A DNA stretch of 64,000 nt from an uncultured Spirochaetaceae bacterium (GTDB lineage: Bacteria > Spirochaetota > Spirochaetia > DSM-27196 > CAZPXH01): the NCBI GenBank assembly GCA_964591085.1, contig CAZPXH010000006.1, positions 105,177-169,176 of the forward strand. The letters are read 5' to 3'. The notes below the pieces were generated by a model. That model worked only from the letters and a program-made list of their open reading frames with translations. It was not told the DNA's origin and did no database searches. Of this stretch, positions 47,559-57,121 are shown one piece after another. The position numbers and the translations under genes are program-made. Numbering within the stretch: position 1 is the first letter of the stretch; each line of letters begins with the position of its first letter.

Positions 47559-48658
47559 CAGCCCGTGTCTCTCGTTCGCCGTGCGGAAACCGGCGTCTGT
47601 CCGCGATGATCGTCAATCAAATCAAAGGTATGCCCGAACACAAAGCGATTCGCCGGCAGGAAGTCGTGCGGGAAACCCAGGTCGGGCTGGGACACGGCGT
47701 CCAGCCGCTGGACGTGCTCCGCCGAAAGCTCCCAGAAGAGCCCGGACAGCTGCTGCTCCAGCTGCGTGAGGGTGCGGGCTCCAAGCAGCGGGATCATCTG
47801 GGCGTGTGCGTCCCGACTACGGGTCCAGTTGACGGCAACCGCGGCCGGTGTCTGGCCAAGTTCTTCTGCAATGCTGACCAGCTCGGCAACTACCCGCTTT
47901 TCCACCTCGCTGAGTTCAAGTTCGGATGCCTTCAGTCTGGTACTGCCGTCCGCCGGACGATTCTTGCCGCTGAACTTCCCGGTGAGGACGCCCCGGTGAA
48001 GAATTCCCCAGGGAACCACGGTGATCCCGTGGTGGCGAGCCATCGGCATGATCTCCCGTTCCAGGTCCCGCTTCATCAGGCTGTACGGCGCCTGCATGGC
48101 GCTGAACTCCGTCCAACCCCGGAGCCGGGCAAGCGTGATGGCCTCACTGACGATGTAGGCCGGAGTATCGGAGGCGGCTACGTAGAGCACCTTGCCCGCG
48201 CGCACCAGATCGTCCATCGCGCGAACCACCTCTTCCACCGGCGTCAGGTAATCCCAGGCGTGGATGTACAGAAGATCGATGTAGTCAGTACCCAGGCGAT
48301 CCAGGCTCGCTTCCACCGACTGCACCATGCTTTTTCGTGAGTTTCCGCTTTCGTTGGGACGGACCAGCGGCGGACCGTCCAGGCGCGGGCGAGGTGTGAG
48401 GGTGTACTTGGTGGCGATAACGAAATGCTCGCGGTCCGCGGAGACAAAGTCGCCGACGTATTGCTCGCTTGTTCCGTTGGTGTACAGGTTGGCGGTGTCT
48501 ATAAAGGTGCCGCCGGCCTCGGCAAACCCGTCAAAAATCTTCTGGCTCTCATCGCGATCCGCGCCCCAGCCCCAGTCCTCGCCAAAGGTCATGGTTCCAA
48601 GCGCAACCTCGCTGACCCGCAGCCCGGTGTTCCCGAGCAGCCGATAGCGCATCTGCAT
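47558..48658 (-). CDS. Aldo/keto reductase (Tas/YajO-like)
   Basis: AKR N-terminal consensus (LGNTGLRVSEVALGTMTFG) and a conserved catalytic tetrad context. Confidence 0.85.
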   Translation of the reverse strand: MQMRYRLLGNTGLRVSEVALGTMTFGEDWGWGADRDESQKIFDGFAEAGGTFIDTANLYTNGTSEQYVGDFVSADREHFVIATKYTLTPRPRLDGPPLVRPNESGNSRKSMVQSVEASLDRLGTDYIDLLYIHAWDYLTPVEEVVRAMDDLVRAGKVLYVAASDTPAYIVSEAITLARLRGWTEFSAMQAPYSLMKRDLEREIMPMARHHGITVVPWGILHRGVLTGKFSGKNRPADGSTRLKASELELSEVEKRVVAELVSIAEELGQTPAAVAVNWTRSRDAHAQMIPLLGARTLTQLEQQLSGLFWELSAEHVQRLDAVSQPDLGFPHDFLPANRFVFGHTFDLIDDHRGQTPVSARRTRDTG

Positions 48659-48794
48659 CTCGCTGTGCCTCCGTGTGCCTCACGGTACCCCGGCACCGCC
48701 CCGCCAGCAAGCAAGCCTGGCGCGGCTGAGGGCCCGATGGCGTTCGTAGATGGCCACCAACCAAACTTGCGGACAGCCAGCTACAGCGACCCGC

Positions 48795-49781
48795 TCAACC
48801 GCTGAAGCGCCTCAGGGTTCCCTGAACGCCGGAGAGCCAGGAATCGCCAAAGAGGAGGACATGGTTGAGCAGGTGATACAGGTTGTAGAGGGGAATCCGG
48901 TCCCGATAGCCGGGTTCCAGCGGCCATGCCTCGCGGTAGGCATCCAGGAAGAACGGGGGGAAGCCACCAAAGAGCTCTGTCATGGCCAGGTCTGCCTCCC
49001 GGTGCCCGAATGACACCGCGGGGTCAATGAGCATTGCACCGTCATCCGTGGACAGCACGTTTCCACCCCAGAGGTCCCCATGGATCAGACTGGGCCGGCC
49101 GGCGTCCGGGTCCGGAAGCAGGTCGGGGAGGCGCAGGCACAGGTCTTCCACAGATTCCAGGAGGGTCCGGTGCCGGGAATCCCGCTCTGCGAGCGCACGC
49201 GCCAGGGCAAGCAGCCGGCGTTCAGCAAAGAACCGTTGCCACTCGTGGGGACCAGGCGCAACGCCGACGTTGGACTGCGGCGTTGCGCCGATGTAGTTGT
49301 CAGACCGGAATCCGGAGCGATCTGCACGGAGGGAGCGATGAAGCTCGGCCAGCTCGGAGCCAAGGCGCCGCGCCGCCTGCGCCGTCCGGTTTCTCTGGGG
49401 GTGGTAGCTCATCAGGAGGACGCAAGGCCCGGGGTTGCCGGCCGCGCCGGAGGGCGCGTTGTCCGGCTTTGGGAATATCCCAACAACGGTGGGAACTCGC
49501 GGGGCACCGGCGCGGGAAAGAGTCTGCAGGCCTTCCTGTTCGGCACGCGCGCGATCCGCCTCACCGGCTGGAAAGAACTTGGCAAACAGCTCCCGCCCGT
49601 CTGTAAGGGTGAGCTGCGCTGTGGGACCAAAGGACCCTCCGCCCATGTCACGGACAGAGGAGAGCTCAGTGCGCGGATCTACAAGCTCGGAGACGGCGTC
49701 TGTAAGGAGCTGGTGGTTCACCGGGATTCCAAGGCTCGCAGGGAGCCGAGGGACTGGCAAGTGCCGCCTCCGTTGCTGCAT
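48795..49781 (-). CDS. Fructosamine/ketosamine-3-kinase family protein
   Basis: LIHGDLWGGN catalytic-loop signature and overall colinearity with the YniA family. Start taken at the internal ATG 49781. Confidence 0.75.
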   Translation of the reverse strand: MQQRRRHLPVPRLPASLGIPVNHQLLTDAVSELVDPRTELSSVRDMGGGSFGPTAQLTLTDGRELFAKFFPAGEADRARAEQEGLQTLSRAGAPRVPTVVGIFPKPDNAPSGAAGNPGPCVLLMSYHPQRNRTAQAARRLGSELAELHRSLRADRSGFRSDNYIGATPQSNVGVAPGPHEWQRFFAERRLLALARALAERDSRHRTLLESVEDLCLRLPDLLPDPDAGRPSLIHGDLWGGNVLSTDDGAMLIDPAVSFGHREADLAMTELFGGFPPFFLDAYREAWPLEPGYRDRIPLYNLYHLLNHVLLFGDSWLSGVQGTLRRFSG

Positions 49782-49791
49782 TCTGTGGGCG

Positions 49792-50121
49792 ATGCACGCG
49801 GAAACTGTGCCGGGGACGGATGCGGACCTGGACGGCTGGATCAGCTCGCAAGCCTTTGCGCTGACGGTCTTCACCACACCGGACTGCGGTGTCTGCAATG
49901 CTATCAGGCCGCAACTGGACGCCCTGCCGTCCGAGTTCCCCGGACTGAAGGTCCGCTACGTGAACACCCTGACGAATCCCGCCCTTGCGGCGCAGCACAG
50001 CGTGTTCACGGTTCCCGTGCTGGAACTCAGCGTCCATGGCAAGGCGGCCAGCCGCTTTGCCCGGCACTTCTCAATGACTGAGGTGAAGGCCGCCTTGTCT
50101 CGCTACCACGCCTTTGTATAG
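49792..50121 (+). CDS. Thioredoxin-fold protein (CGVC active site)
   Basis: FTTPDCGVCNAIRP CxxC motif in a 109-aa ORF. It is the C-terminal part of the longer track ORF 49435-50121, whose upstream part looks non-coding. Confidence 0.55.
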   Translation: MHAETVPGTDADLDGWISSQAFALTVFTTPDCGVCNAIRPQLDALPSEFPGLKVRYVNTLTNPALAAQHSVFTVPVLELSVHGKAASRFARHFSMTEVKAALSRYHAFV

Positions 50122-50179
50122 ATCGCTTGGCTGAGATGCGCTGGTCCGGGAATGGCCTGGCCGGCGCCGTGAGAGACGC

Positions 50180-51436
50180 TCAGCCTTCCCCAATCCGCTT
50201 GCGCAGCCAGTCAGACCACACGCCGTTCTTCTGAATCGGCACCTCCTCGCCACCCTTTCGGCTTCCAGTGATGCTGAGTTCTGCGCTTCCAACGGTAAGG
50301 TCCATGTGCTGCTTGCTCACATTGAGGCCGGCTTCAATGAGCTGCTCCTCGCTCATATCGTTGCCACCCCGGATTGAAGCGGGATAGGCGGAACCAAAGG
50401 CGAAGTGGCAACCGCAGTTCTCGTCGTACAGGGGATCGTGGAAGACCACGCCCATCTGTGCCAGCGGGCTGTCCTGACTCACCATGGCAATCTCACCGAA
50501 GTATCGCGCCCGGTCATCCAGATCCAGCCAGGTCTGCAGCGTATCGCTGTCTCTGGTGGCACTGGCCTCCACAATCTTTCCGTCTTCCAGGCGCATGGTG
50601 ACGATACCAACGTTGGTGCCGGAGATGGCAAAGTCACGGGAGGACTGCAGGGTGCCGGATGCCCGCCTCCAGTCCGGTGCGCTGAAGACTTCTTCAGTGG
50701 GAACGTTGGGCAGACAGCGCACTCCGTTCTGCGCGGACTCGCCGGCGGCAATCCAGTTCTGGTTCGCGGGCATACCAACTCGGAGGTCGGTTCCAGGGCC
50801 TTGATAGTGGAAGGAGTCAAAGGCCTCCTCTGTGAGTGCGGATGCAATAGCCTGCAGACGTATGGCGTGCGCGTCCCAGGCGGCAGCGGGATCAGGAGTG
50901 TCCAGCCGACAGGCCTGGCGCACCAGCTCCGTAAGGCGGAGGAGCGCCCGCTCGGGACTCTCCTGGGGGAAGACACGGGATGCCCACTCGGGGGTTGGCA
51001 GAGAATTGATAGACCAGTTGCTGTGGTTCCCCTGTATCATCCGGCGCAGCGGACTCCCGGCCTGCGCCACCGTACGGTTGATCATCGCCATCCGCTGCGG
51101 ATCCAGGCCCGCCAGGCCGTGCGGATCACCTCCACGAATGCTCAGAACGGCCGCGCCGTCCCGAACCATATCGATGATCCCGTCTATCTCGAACGTCCGG
51201 AGGTAATCCAGGTCACCCCTGGCATTCTCAACACGCGCTCGCGTCAGCGCATCGTCCCGATAGCGTACAAACACAAATCTGGCACCAGCCCGGTAAGCCT
51301 CCGCCGCACACTCCGCGGCAAAGCCCGCCGCTGCAATGTCACTGGTGATATAGAGCTCCTGGCCCTCCTGAACATTGGTGCCGGTACGCACCGCGAGGCG
51401 GGCGTAGGCCTCCACAAACGACTGCTCAAGCTGCAT
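50180..51436 (-). CDS. M29-family aminopeptidase (second paralog)
   Basis: Colinear with the 46290-47558 paralog (EEVFSAPDW, HFAFG, GLNVSKQHMD). Start at the internal ATG 51436. Confidence 0.8.
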   Translation of the reverse strand: MQLEQSFVEAYARLAVRTGTNVQEGQELYITSDIAAAGFAAECAAEAYRAGARFVFVRYRDDALTRARVENARGDLDYLRTFEIDGIIDMVRDGAAVLSIRGGDPHGLAGLDPQRMAMINRTVAQAGSPLRRMIQGNHSNWSINSLPTPEWASRVFPQESPERALLRLTELVRQACRLDTPDPAAAWDAHAIRLQAIASALTEEAFDSFHYQGPGTDLRVGMPANQNWIAAGESAQNGVRCLPNVPTEEVFSAPDWRRASGTLQSSRDFAISGTNVGIVTMRLEDGKIVEASATRDSDTLQTWLDLDDRARYFGEIAMVSQDSPLAQMGVVFHDPLYDENCGCHFAFGSAYPASIRGGNDMSEEQLIEAGLNVSKQHMDLTVGSAELSITGSRKGGEEVPIQKNGVWSDWLRKRIGEG

Positions 51437-51494
51437 CGGCCAATAGTCACACGGCTGCCTTGACCGCGCAAAGTGAGGCACGGAAGCTTGCGGA

Positions 51495-52511
51495 ATGCGA
51501 ATACTCATGCTCGGTGGTACCCGCTTCGTCGGCCGCGCCATTGCGGAGGCGGCGGTTGGAGCCGGCCACCAGGTATCCATGGTCCACCGCGGGAGCGCGG
51601 GGACCGGGCTTGTTCCCGGTGCCCAGGACATCGTGATCGATCGAATGGACCTCAATGGTCTGCCAGATGAGCACTGGGACGCCGTGATTGACGTGAGCGC
51701 ATATGTGCCGCGAGCGGTCCGCATTGCCCGGGATGCGTTGCACGGCAGGGTGGGCCGCTACTGCCTGGTCTCTAGCGTGTCGGTGTACGCCACCGAGGAC
51801 AGCTCCGGAGAGCTTCTGACAGGGCAGATCACGGAGTCCAGCCCCCTGCGCAGCCTTCCGGATCCGCTTACGGAAGAAGTCAACGGTGAGACCTACGGTG
51901 GCCTGAAGGTTCTCTGTGAGCAGGAACTGGCCGGGATGGATTCGCTGATCGTGCGGCCAACCTACGTGATCGGTCCCCGGGACTATACCGGGCGCTTTCC
52001 CTGGTGGGTTCGGCGCATCGGCCGTGGGGGAAGCATCGTCCTGCCCGAGCCCCGGGACAACAGCCTGCAGGTGATTGACTCGCGGGATCTCGCTGCTTTT
52101 GTGATTGGCGCGTTGGACTCCGGTCTCGGCGATGTATTCAACATCGCCGGCCCGGAGCAGCCACTGACCCAGGAGTCCATGGTGAAGCGCGTTGCAGAGG
52201 TCCTGGGCGCGGGGGACCTGGACCCGGTCTGGGTATCCGCTGCCGAACTGGAGGGGGCCGGCGCAGTCCTGGGCCAGGACTACCCGCTTCTTGGGCCTCC
52301 CCACATCACCAGCCGCCTCATGCGAGTGTCCAACAGGGCAGCCCGGGATGCGGGCCTCCGCTTCCGATCGCTTGAAGAGTCAGCGGGTGACGTCCAGGCG
52401 TGGATGGAGGCAGACCCGGAGGCCCCCGGAGCAGCGGCTGGCACCGGGCCGGGGATGTCACCGGAGAGGGAAGCCCAGATCAGTGCGGCAATCGGTGGCC
52501 AGGACACGTGA
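51495..52511 (+). CDS. NAD(P)-binding epimerase/dehydratase-family (atypical SDR) protein
   Basis: MLGGTRFVGRAI Rossmann motif, about 338 aa. Confidence 0.75.
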   Translation: MRILMLGGTRFVGRAIAEAAVGAGHQVSMVHRGSAGTGLVPGAQDIVIDRMDLNGLPDEHWDAVIDVSAYVPRAVRIARDALHGRVGRYCLVSSVSVYATEDSSGELLTGQITESSPLRSLPDPLTEEVNGETYGGLKVLCEQELAGMDSLIVRPTYVIGPRDYTGRFPWWVRRIGRGGSIVLPEPRDNSLQVIDSRDLAAFVIGALDSGLGDVFNIAGPEQPLTQESMVKRVAEVLGAGDLDPVWVSAAELEGAGAVLGQDYPLLGPPHITSRLMRVSNRAARDAGLRFRSLEESAGDVQAWMEADPEAPGAAAGTGPGMSPEREAQISAAIGGQDT

Positions 52512-52544
52512 CAAACAGGTAACCCGCGGTACATTGAAGGGAGT

Positions 52545-53558
52545 ATGGATATCAGACGCGTGAAGCGAGTCTCCGTGCTGCTCCTGGGGGCCCTGGTCCT
52601 GGCGAGCTGCGGCACCACGGTGTCAATCCCGGTGACCTATCCACCGGAGATTGATCTTGGAGACGCCGATGCAATCGGGGTGGTGGACGTGGTCACGCCC
52701 GCCATCCGGCTCAGCGCATTTGCCGGCGCGGATCTCTTTGAACTGGGAATCCTCATCTTCCTCGGGGACGCTTTTGGCAGCCTGCACCCGGAAGAGCGCT
52801 TTGCCAGCAGGCAGCTCCGCAACAACCTCATTGCGGAGCTTGCGGCCACCGGTACGGTTCGCGTTTTTCGGGCAGATGACTTTGCGGGGTTCGGAGTGTC
52901 GCGCGCGGGGATAGAGACCCTCCGCCGGGACCCGGGTGTGCCGGTTGATGTCTTCCTCGTCAGCGAGATCGTCGACTTTGAATTTGACGACGCGCAGCAG
53001 CAGCGTACCCGAACAAACCGGGCAGGCGTCACCCAGTCCATCATCGAGTGGGAACGCACTGTCATCATAGCCTGGCGATACGAGCTGATTGATCGTGACG
53101 GGAGGATCATTGCCAGCGGAAGGATCCCCGAAACCGCTCGTGACTCGGATCTCGTCCGGAGTGACCTCCGCAGCGTTGAACGAATGATTGACGACGTCAG
53201 CCAGGAGATAGCGCGAGAGTTTGCGGAGAAGCTGAGACCCCGGACCGGCCTGGAGTTCAGGCGCCTGCAGGAAGATGTCCGCCTCCGCGGGCGGGATGCG
53301 GATGAATTTGATAATGCGCTGGCTCTGGTGGATGACCGCGAGTTTGCAGCCGCAGCACGGCTGTTTGAGGCCATCTACCAGGACACCGGGAGCATCGCGG
53401 CCGGGTACAACGCGGCAGTCCTGTACGAGCGCCTGGGCGAAGACGGCCGCGCGCTAGCCTTGCTCCTGGCGCTGGAGGGCGAAAGTGACGAATCCTACGT
53501 CAAAAACGGGGTCCGCAGGCTTGAAGCCCGCGGCGTCCGACCGGAGCGCGGCCGATGA
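52545..53558 (+). CDS. Lipoprotein with a CsgG/LpoB-like N-terminal region and a TPR-like C-terminus
   Basis: Lipobox LASC. IGVVDVV...FLVSEIVDF pattern resembles the LpoB/CsgG fold. The family assignment is tentative. Confidence 0.5.
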   Translation: MDIRRVKRVSVLLLGALVLASCGTTVSIPVTYPPEIDLGDADAIGVVDVVTPAIRLSAFAGADLFELGILIFLGDAFGSLHPEERFASRQLRNNLIAELAATGTVRVFRADDFAGFGVSRAGIETLRRDPGVPVDVFLVSEIVDFEFDDAQQQRTRTNRAGVTQSIIEWERTVIIAWRYELIDRDGRIIASGRIPETARDSDLVRSDLRSVERMIDDVSQEIAREFAEKLRPRTGLEFRRLQEDVRLRGRDADEFDNALALVDDREFAAAARLFEAIYQDTGSIAAGYNAAVLYERLGEDGRALALLLALEGESDESYVKNGVRRLEARGVRPERGR

Positions 53559-54079
53559 CCCGCGTTGCTTGCACCGTCGTTGCGGCGTTCCTGCTCCTCT
53601 CCAGCTGCGACTTCCCGGACTACGTCCCGGTTACCCAGGAAGATGGGGTTCAACTCTCGCCAGGACAGTCAGATTCTATGCTCTTCTCCTACTCCGGGAG
53701 GTCCGGAACTGTCTTGGACGTTTCGGTGCAGGTGGAAGGACTGCGGGCGGAACGCGCCGGTGATGTCCGGATCAGCCTGGAATCGCCGGACGGAACCGTG
53801 GTCAACCTGTGGCAGAACGACGGTGGCAACCTGGACTTCAGTGATGACTACAGCTTTGTGGAGTTCAGCGCTGACGGGTTTGCACCATCGGCAATTCGTC
53901 CGGGAACTGGTGCAAGCGACGACAAGGTCAATCCCGGCTTCTTTGTTGTTGAGGACCTCCGAGACTACCGGCAAGATGGAGGGTCACCGAACGGGACCTG
54001 GCGCCTGCGCTTCACCAATGACAGCACAAGCTTTGATCTTGAGGCCCAGGCGGGAACCCTCACGCTCGGGATTCGTTGA
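53555..54079 (+). CDS. Stand-alone proprotein-convertase P-domain lipoprotein
   Basis: Lipobox LSSC. P-domain consensus (DVSVQV...AGDVRISLESPDGTVVNLW...GTWRLRFTND...GTLTL). ATGA overlap with the upstream lipoprotein gene. Confidence 0.55.
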   Translation: MTRVACTVVAAFLLLSSCDFPDYVPVTQEDGVQLSPGQSDSMLFSYSGRSGTVLDVSVQVEGLRAERAGDVRISLESPDGTVVNLWQNDGGNLDFSDDYSFVEFSADGFAPSAIRPGTGASDDKVNPGFFVVEDLRDYRQDGGSPNGTWRLRFTNDSTSFDLEAQAGTLTLGIR

Positions 54080-56144
54080 CCAGGAGCAGTTCTTCCGGCG
54101 GCCGCGCTGGTCCGTAGAGATAGCCCTGCAGCATTGTGGCCCCGCCGTTGAGGAGAAAGGCCCGTTGCTCGGGGGTTTCCACGCCTTCCGTAATGGTCTC
54201 CACATCCATAGCGCGCGCCAGTTCAAGGACAGCGCTGACAATTGCCTCGTCAACGGGGTTCCGGCCGATGCCTGCCACGTAGCTCTTGTCCAGCTTGATG
54301 GTGTCCACCTCTACGTCGCGCAGGTTCTCCAGGCTGGAGTAGCCGGTACCAAAGTCATCAATCGCTACCCGGAATCCCGCCAGCCGGAGCGCGTCAATGG
54401 ACGTGCTGGCGATATCCCTGCTCTCCACCAGCGCGGTCTCTGTCATTTCCAGATAAATTCGATCCGGCGCAATACCTTTGTCGTGTACCACACGCGCAAG
54501 TCTGGCAACAAAGCGATCGTCTTCCAGCTGTCGACCACTCAGGTTCAGGCTCACAAAGCCGGTGAAACCCCTATCGTCCAGCAGTTGGAGATCTTCCATC
54601 ACCTGCCGCAGCGCCCAGCTTCCCAGTTCCCCAATCAGCCCGCTGGATTCGGCAGCCGGAATGAACTCGGCCGGCGAATGCCCTTCAGGTCCGGGCCAGC
54701 GCATCAGGGACTCAAAGCCCCGGAGGACACCATCCGGACCGACAATCGGCTGGTAGTACATCCGAAACACGCCTGTCGCAATTCCGTCTCGGAGCGCAGA
54801 AACCAGTTGGATCCGGCGGTTGGCCTGCCGGTTCATGGAGGAAGAGAAGAAACGATAGGTGTTCCGCTCAGCCTTCCCGCTGAAGAGCGCAAGGTCTGCC
54901 TTCTGCAGCAGCTCGGTCACGTCACGGCCGTCTGCGGGGAACAGCGCGACACCCACGGTGATTGACAGGGCCAGTCGGCGGCCGGATGCGATGATGGGAT
55001 CCCGAAAGGACCGGATTAGCTTGTCTGCAACGATTCCGGCATCCGAGGGGTCGGTGATGCTGGTGAGCAGGAGCGTGAACTCGTCACCGCCAAGCCTGAA
55101 CAGGATGTCGGAGCTGCGGAGCGACTGGGACATCCGCCGAACCACACCCAGCAGGACCGCATCCCCAACCGCGTGACCAAAGGTATCGTTGATGCTCTTG
55201 AAGTTGTCCAGGTCTATGTAGCACAGCCCGATGACCCCGCCGTTTCTCCGCGCGGCATCCAGCTCCTCGTTGCAGCGGTCCATGAAGGCCTTCCGGTTTC
55301 CCACGCCTGTGAGCTGGTCCCGGAAGGCGACGTCCAACAGGGCCTGCTCGTTTTCCTCCAGCAGTTGGTTGACGTTGCGCAGTTCGACGGCCTGCCGGAC
55401 AAAGCGATCGATGGCACCGCCCATGGAGATCAGGGTGAACAGCACCAGGCCCGTGCCTACCCGGGGATAGTTCACATCCGCAAAGGGACCGAGGAAGGTG
55501 CCAAAGACATTGTGGTAGATCCCCTGCAGTCCAAAGGCCATGGCTATCACGGCTGCGAGCACATAGATTCCGCGCCCGTGACTCTCGCTCTCCTCCTCGT
55601 GCCTGTCCGGTATGACGGTGACAACCAGGAAGTACAGGAGCACCAGCGCAATGAGCAGGTCCCGGATCGGTAGCAGCGGGCCGGCTTGCCCAAGCCCGTA
55701 CTGCGTTGCGTGCCGGAAGCCCGCGGCCACCGGCTGGGTCAGGGAAGACAGGAGGTCCGGACTGATCAGCCCGCTTACGAATATTCCCGCGGTTGCCGCT
55801 GCAGTGACCAGAAGAACCGGTCGGTTGATCTGCTCCTGCCAGCTCCCCGCCGGAACCAGCCCGGTCACCAGAAGCGGCAGCAACACAAGAATCACGGTGA
55901 TGGACAGCTCGGCAGCCAGTGCCAGCCGCATCGCGGCCTGCAGCCGCAGCTCACCCCCCCCGACGTACAGGCGCGCGAGGTCAAGGGAAACATAGGCAAG
56001 AGAGACTAGCCCAATAAGCGCGATTGCCAGGAACAGGCGATCCCGGAATCGGGACCACGCAAGCACAAAAATTGCCAGACCAGTCAGCAGAGTACCCACA
56101 TAGATTGCCGGAATCAGAAGCGCAGGAAGCCGAATAGGTTCCAT
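54060..56144 (-). CDS. Membrane (7TM-like) GGDEF-EAL protein, second copy
   Basis: RLGGDEF, EAL-domain motifs (YQPIV...EMTE...DDFGTGYSSL) and a hydrophobic N-terminal 250 aa. Start at the internal ATG 56144. Confidence 0.85.
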   Translation of the reverse strand: MEPIRLPALLIPAIYVGTLLTGLAIFVLAWSRFRDRLFLAIALIGLVSLAYVSLDLARLYVGGGELRLQAAMRLALAAELSITVILVLLPLLVTGLVPAGSWQEQINRPVLLVTAAATAGIFVSGLISPDLLSSLTQPVAAGFRHATQYGLGQAGPLLPIRDLLIALVLLYFLVVTVIPDRHEEESESHGRGIYVLAAVIAMAFGLQGIYHNVFGTFLGPFADVNYPRVGTGLVLFTLISMGGAIDRFVRQAVELRNVNQLLEENEQALLDVAFRDQLTGVGNRKAFMDRCNEELDAARRNGGVIGLCYIDLDNFKSINDTFGHAVGDAVLLGVVRRMSQSLRSSDILFRLGGDEFTLLLTSITDPSDAGIVADKLIRSFRDPIIASGRRLALSITVGVALFPADGRDVTELLQKADLALFSGKAERNTYRFFSSSMNRQANRRIQLVSALRDGIATGVFRMYYQPIVGPDGVLRGFESLMRWPGPEGHSPAEFIPAAESSGLIGELGSWALRQVMEDLQLLDDRGFTGFVSLNLSGRQLEDDRFVARLARVVHDKGIAPDRIYLEMTETALVESRDIASTSIDALRLAGFRVAIDDFGTGYSSLENLRDVEVDTIKLDKSYVAGIGRNPVDEAIVSAVLELARAMDVETITEGVETPEQRAFLLNGGATMLQGYLYGPARPPEELLLVNESRA

Positions 56145-56296
56145 CAGGGCTCCGGCGCTGAGGATCTGCGGGAGGGGTTGGATTCCGGGTCCAATCATGA
56201 GCGCATCCGTTAACTGTACCGGCTAGCGCTACTGTATGCCACTGCACAGGCCCGGCCAACGTAGACGAAGACCGGGCAACGGGTGACACTGTTGAC

Positions 56297-57121
56297 ATGC
56301 AGAGCCTCACGATAGTGCTGGCGAGCGGACAGCTTGTTCCGGCCCTGGGCTTCGGAACCTTTCAGCTGCGGGACGATGCCTGCCGGACGGCGGTAGCGAC
56401 AGCAATTGAGATCGGGTATCGCCACATTGACACAGCGGTTGCCTACCGCAATCACACAGAAGTGGGGGCAGGAATCCGGGATTCGGGCATCGCCCGCTCC
56501 GACCTGTGGGTCACCACAAAGGTTCCCAAGGACAGCCAGGCACCCGAGGATATCATCAGCACGGTGGAGCGCTCGCTGGAAGAGCTGGGGATGGATTCCG
56601 TGGATCTGGTGCTGAGCCACTGGCCCACGCGCGCGGTCCCCTTCTCCGAGAGCTTTGCCGCGTACGCGGAAGTGGTGGAGCGCGGCCTTGCGGGGTCCGT
56701 GGGAATCAGCAACTACAACACCCACATCATGCGGGAGGTTGCCGGGCTCTCGCGGGTTCCGATTGTGACTAACCAGGTGGAGTTCCACCCCCTGCTCTTC
56801 CAGAAGGAGCTGAAGGACACCTGCGACGAGCTTGGAGTGGTTGTTACCGCCTACTCACCGCTTGGGCGCGGAGCCGTCCCCGCGGACGAGCGTATGCAGC
56901 GCATGGCACAGAAGTACGGAAGCACCCCTGGTGCTGTCAGCCTGCGCTGGATGATGGACAAGAACATTGTGGTGGTTCCCAAGGCGACGTCCCGGGAGCA
57001 CATTGAGCAGAACTTCGCCTCCCTGTTGCTGGAGCTGGACCCGGCGGATGCTGCGGAGATTGATGCCTTCCCGAACCAGGTACGCACGATTGACGGCGAT
57101 TGGAAGGAGTACGATTTCTGA
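56297..57121 (+). CDS. Aldo/keto reductase (2,5-diketo-D-gluconate reductase-like)
   Basis: GFGTFQL...IEIGYRHIDTAVAYRNH AKR catalytic-core consensus, 274 aa. Confidence 0.85.
   Translation: MQSLTIVLASGQLVPALGFGTFQLRDDACRTAVATAIEIGYRHIDTAVAYRNHTEVGAGIRDSGIARSDLWVTTKVPKDSQAPEDIISTVERSLEELGMDSVDLVLSHWPTRAVPFSESFAAYAEVVERGLAGSVGISNYNTHIMREVAGLSRVPIVTNQVEFHPLLFQKELKDTCDELGVVVTAYSPLGRGAVPADERMQRMAQKYGSTPGAVSLRWMMDKNIVVVPKATSREHIEQNFASLLLELDPADAAEIDAFPNQVRTIDGDWKEYDF

Noticed and set aside
49080-50081. 333-aa plus-strand ORF, and the full length of ORF 49435-50121
   Set aside because: Only the last 109 codons (thioredoxin fold with CGVC) look real. Upstream parts are antisense to the fructosamine-kinase gene and Arg/Gly-rich.
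53565-54965. 466-aa plus-strand ORF overlapping the P-domain lipoprotein (other frame) and antisense to the GGDEF-EAL gene
   Set aside because: No motifs. Both overlapped genes have strong motif support.
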